The translations under genes were made by a program, and so were the position numbers. From positions 1 to 47,923 of the IMG/VR virus record IMGVR_UViG_3300020045_001232: DNA of 47,923 nt; one strand, given 5' to 3'. The stretch's first letter is position 1. Each line of letters opens with the position of its first letter. The notes beneath the pieces are model-generated. The model saw only the letters and a program-made list of their open reading frames with translations. It searched no databases and was not told the origin of the DNA. Source of the DNA: a virus (Duplodnaviria > Caudoviricetes). Positions 46,752-47,923 of the stretch are shown piece after piece.

Positions 46752-46871
46752 GTAGAAGATTCCTTATGTAAGTTGCAATCACGATGACCGACCCTACCCT
46801 GCCCCTGGCATTTGACCTTGCCTTTATGTTGCAGTTGTAGGGCAGCTTGCTGCCTAATTATGTTGTTGCAT

Positions 46872-46967
46872 TAGGGATTGAAGCCCGAAGGGTCAAGACT
46901 ACAACATGGCTTTATCATGTTGTTGGCTTGATTCACGAAAGCCCGGCGGCGAAGCCGAAATGCCCTA
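46872..46967. other. Multi-stem palindromic non-coding element
   Basis: Nested pairings TAGGGAT/ATGCCCTA, TGAA/TTCA, GCCC-GAA-GGGT, TCAAG/CTTGA, ACAACATG/CATGTTGT, CGGC-GAA-GCCG. Confidence 0.65.
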
Positions 46968-47258
46968 GTAGTAAACCCGTGGAGTTAGCCATGCGATAAA
47001 GTCACAACTTTCTTGTGTTTCTATCTCTGTGCAGATACTATTATCTCCTATTGTAGCGGTTCCATTTCCATATTGGTATACACGATACCACTGTTTAGGT
47101 TTGATACGGTAGGCGTTACGTAATGTAAATGTAGGATTGGACGTATTCAGCCACTCATTCTTACTCTCCGGGACATGCACTTGGATTTCCTTACCTTCGG
47201 CAAATGCTTTAATACATTCAATGTTAGAGAGAAAGGTAGTTGCTTGTTGTCTGTTCAT
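46965..47258 (-). CDS. Hypothetical early protein (paralog B)
   Basis: Same motifs and length (97 aa) as 46331..46624; GGAG RBS. Confidence 0.75.
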   Translation of the reverse strand: MNRQQATTFLSNIECIKAFAEGKEIQVHVPESKNEWLNTSNPTFTLRNAYRIKPKQWYRVYQYGNGTATIGDNSICTEIETQESCDFIAWLTPRVYY

Positions 47259-47393
47259 TATCGTCTCCGAGTGGGGGGTTGTTTCGTTTCCTCTGAGGAG
47301 TGAAACGACGATCTGTTATGGGAGCGTAGCGACCTTCGTAGCGCCGAAGGCGCGGAGAAAATTTTTTGTGCAGTGCAGCATTTCATATTGTGG

Positions 47394-47414
47394 AAAAGCC
47401 CCCGAAGGGGCTTT
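47394..47414 (-). terminator. Intrinsic terminator
   Basis: AAAGCCCC-TTCG-GGGGCTTTT directly after the stop at 47421. Confidence 0.75.
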
Positions 47415-47420
47415 GCTTAA

Positions 47421-47923
47421 TTACTTGTTACCTTGTACTCGACGCATCCGAGCATTCTTGACGATGGTTTCTTCTACGTAGTCGCCGATCTTTTGGTTGT
47501 TGGCTTGCGGGCGATCTTGCCGACCGTTTTGCTCTGCCAATTTCATCATACCATCGGCGGTGAGAACACCATCAACAAAAGCACCTTCGTCACGACCTTC
47601 TGCTTGCCGTCCAAGTTTCTCCAGCTTGGCAATGTCTGCCTCGATGATGATCAGTTCAGCGGCGATCGATTCCGGGCTACCAGTCCAGCTGGATGCGATC
47701 CATTCGATTGTCTGAATTGCCTTGCTCACAACCTTGATGATAGGCAATGATGGATTGCTATCACTACCAGTGAAACCCCAGATAGCAGTACAAAAACCGG
47801 TGAGAAGTTCAACGCGATTGGCAGTTTGCTTTGCTGCTTTGGCGTCACGGTCTGCACGCAAATCTTCAACCGATACCTTACGAACTCGTGCAATAATCTC
47901 GTCCGTTTGGTTGTTACCCTTCA
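47421..47923 (-). CDS. Hypothetical early protein, probably 5'-truncated by the window edge
   Basis: The frame stays open upstream of 47861 to the window end (KGNNQTDEIIARVRKVSVEDL...). Confidence 0.65.
   Translation of the reverse strand, partial: KGNNQTDEIIARVRKVSVEDLRADRDAKAAKQTANRVELLTGFCTAIWGFTGSDSNPSLPIIKVVSKAIQTIEWIASSWTGSPESIAAELIIIEADIAKLEKLGRQAEGRDEGAFVDGVLTADGMMKLAEQNGRQDRPQANNQKIGDYVEETIVKNARMRRVQGNK

Larger units (their letters stand above)
31859..46793 (-). repeat. Dispersed exact repeat GGTCGGTCAT, six copies
   Basis: ATGACCGACC on + at 31859, 39038, 42444, 45139, 46058 and 46784; all in one orientation. Confidence 0.85.

Noticed and set aside
31859-46793. CRISPR array or att sites as an explanation of the 10-mer repeat
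   Set aside because: Copies are short and kilobases apart with no regular spacers, and no cas or integrase gene was recognised.
47283-47312. Hammerhead-like CTGAGGA...GAAAC
   Set aside because: Only 2 nt separate the two core motifs, so there is no stem II, and no compatible stem I or cleavage triplet could be built.
1-47923. Terminal repeats or circular closure
   Set aside because: The ends share no sequence and the last ORF appears cut by the edge.
1-47923. Genome-wide stop-codon reassignment
   Set aside because: Genes are intact and densely packed under the standard code, TAA, TAG and TGA all end genes, and there is no suppressor tRNA.

Overview
The window is a near-complete (about 48 kb) genome of a tailed dsDNA phage, probably a podovirus, with two convergent arms that meet at a bidirectional terminator near 25.07 kb. 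The + arm (0.2-25.0 kb) is the virion and lysis module: terminase, portal, GroES, scaffold, decoration protein, major capsid protein, an SGNH-type esterase, several mini fibre genes, P22 gp4/gp10-like tail parts, ejection proteins and a GH108 endolysin. The - arm (47.9 to 25.1 kb) holds early genes, three tRNAs, a phiEco32/LUZ24-type amidoligase, ATP-grasp and glutamine-amidotransferase cluster, primase, helicase, a split family A DNA polymerase, exonuclease, ThyX and a class II RNR. I recognised no integrase, repressor or phage RNA polymerase. Four observations stand out. (1) An exact, strand-polarised motif RGGTCGGTCAT occurs six times with density rising toward the right end. (2) The DNA polymerase is split, its first half stops in the loop of a perfect hairpin, and its halves would join seamlessly at a shared Met. 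(3) Several envelope mini-proteins missing from the ORF track (a pilin-like peptide, a lipoprotein and hydrophobic peptides) lie just upstream of the peptide-ligase cluster. (4) Several structured non-coding elements lie in the early region. All product calls come from motif recognition by eye, with no database searches.
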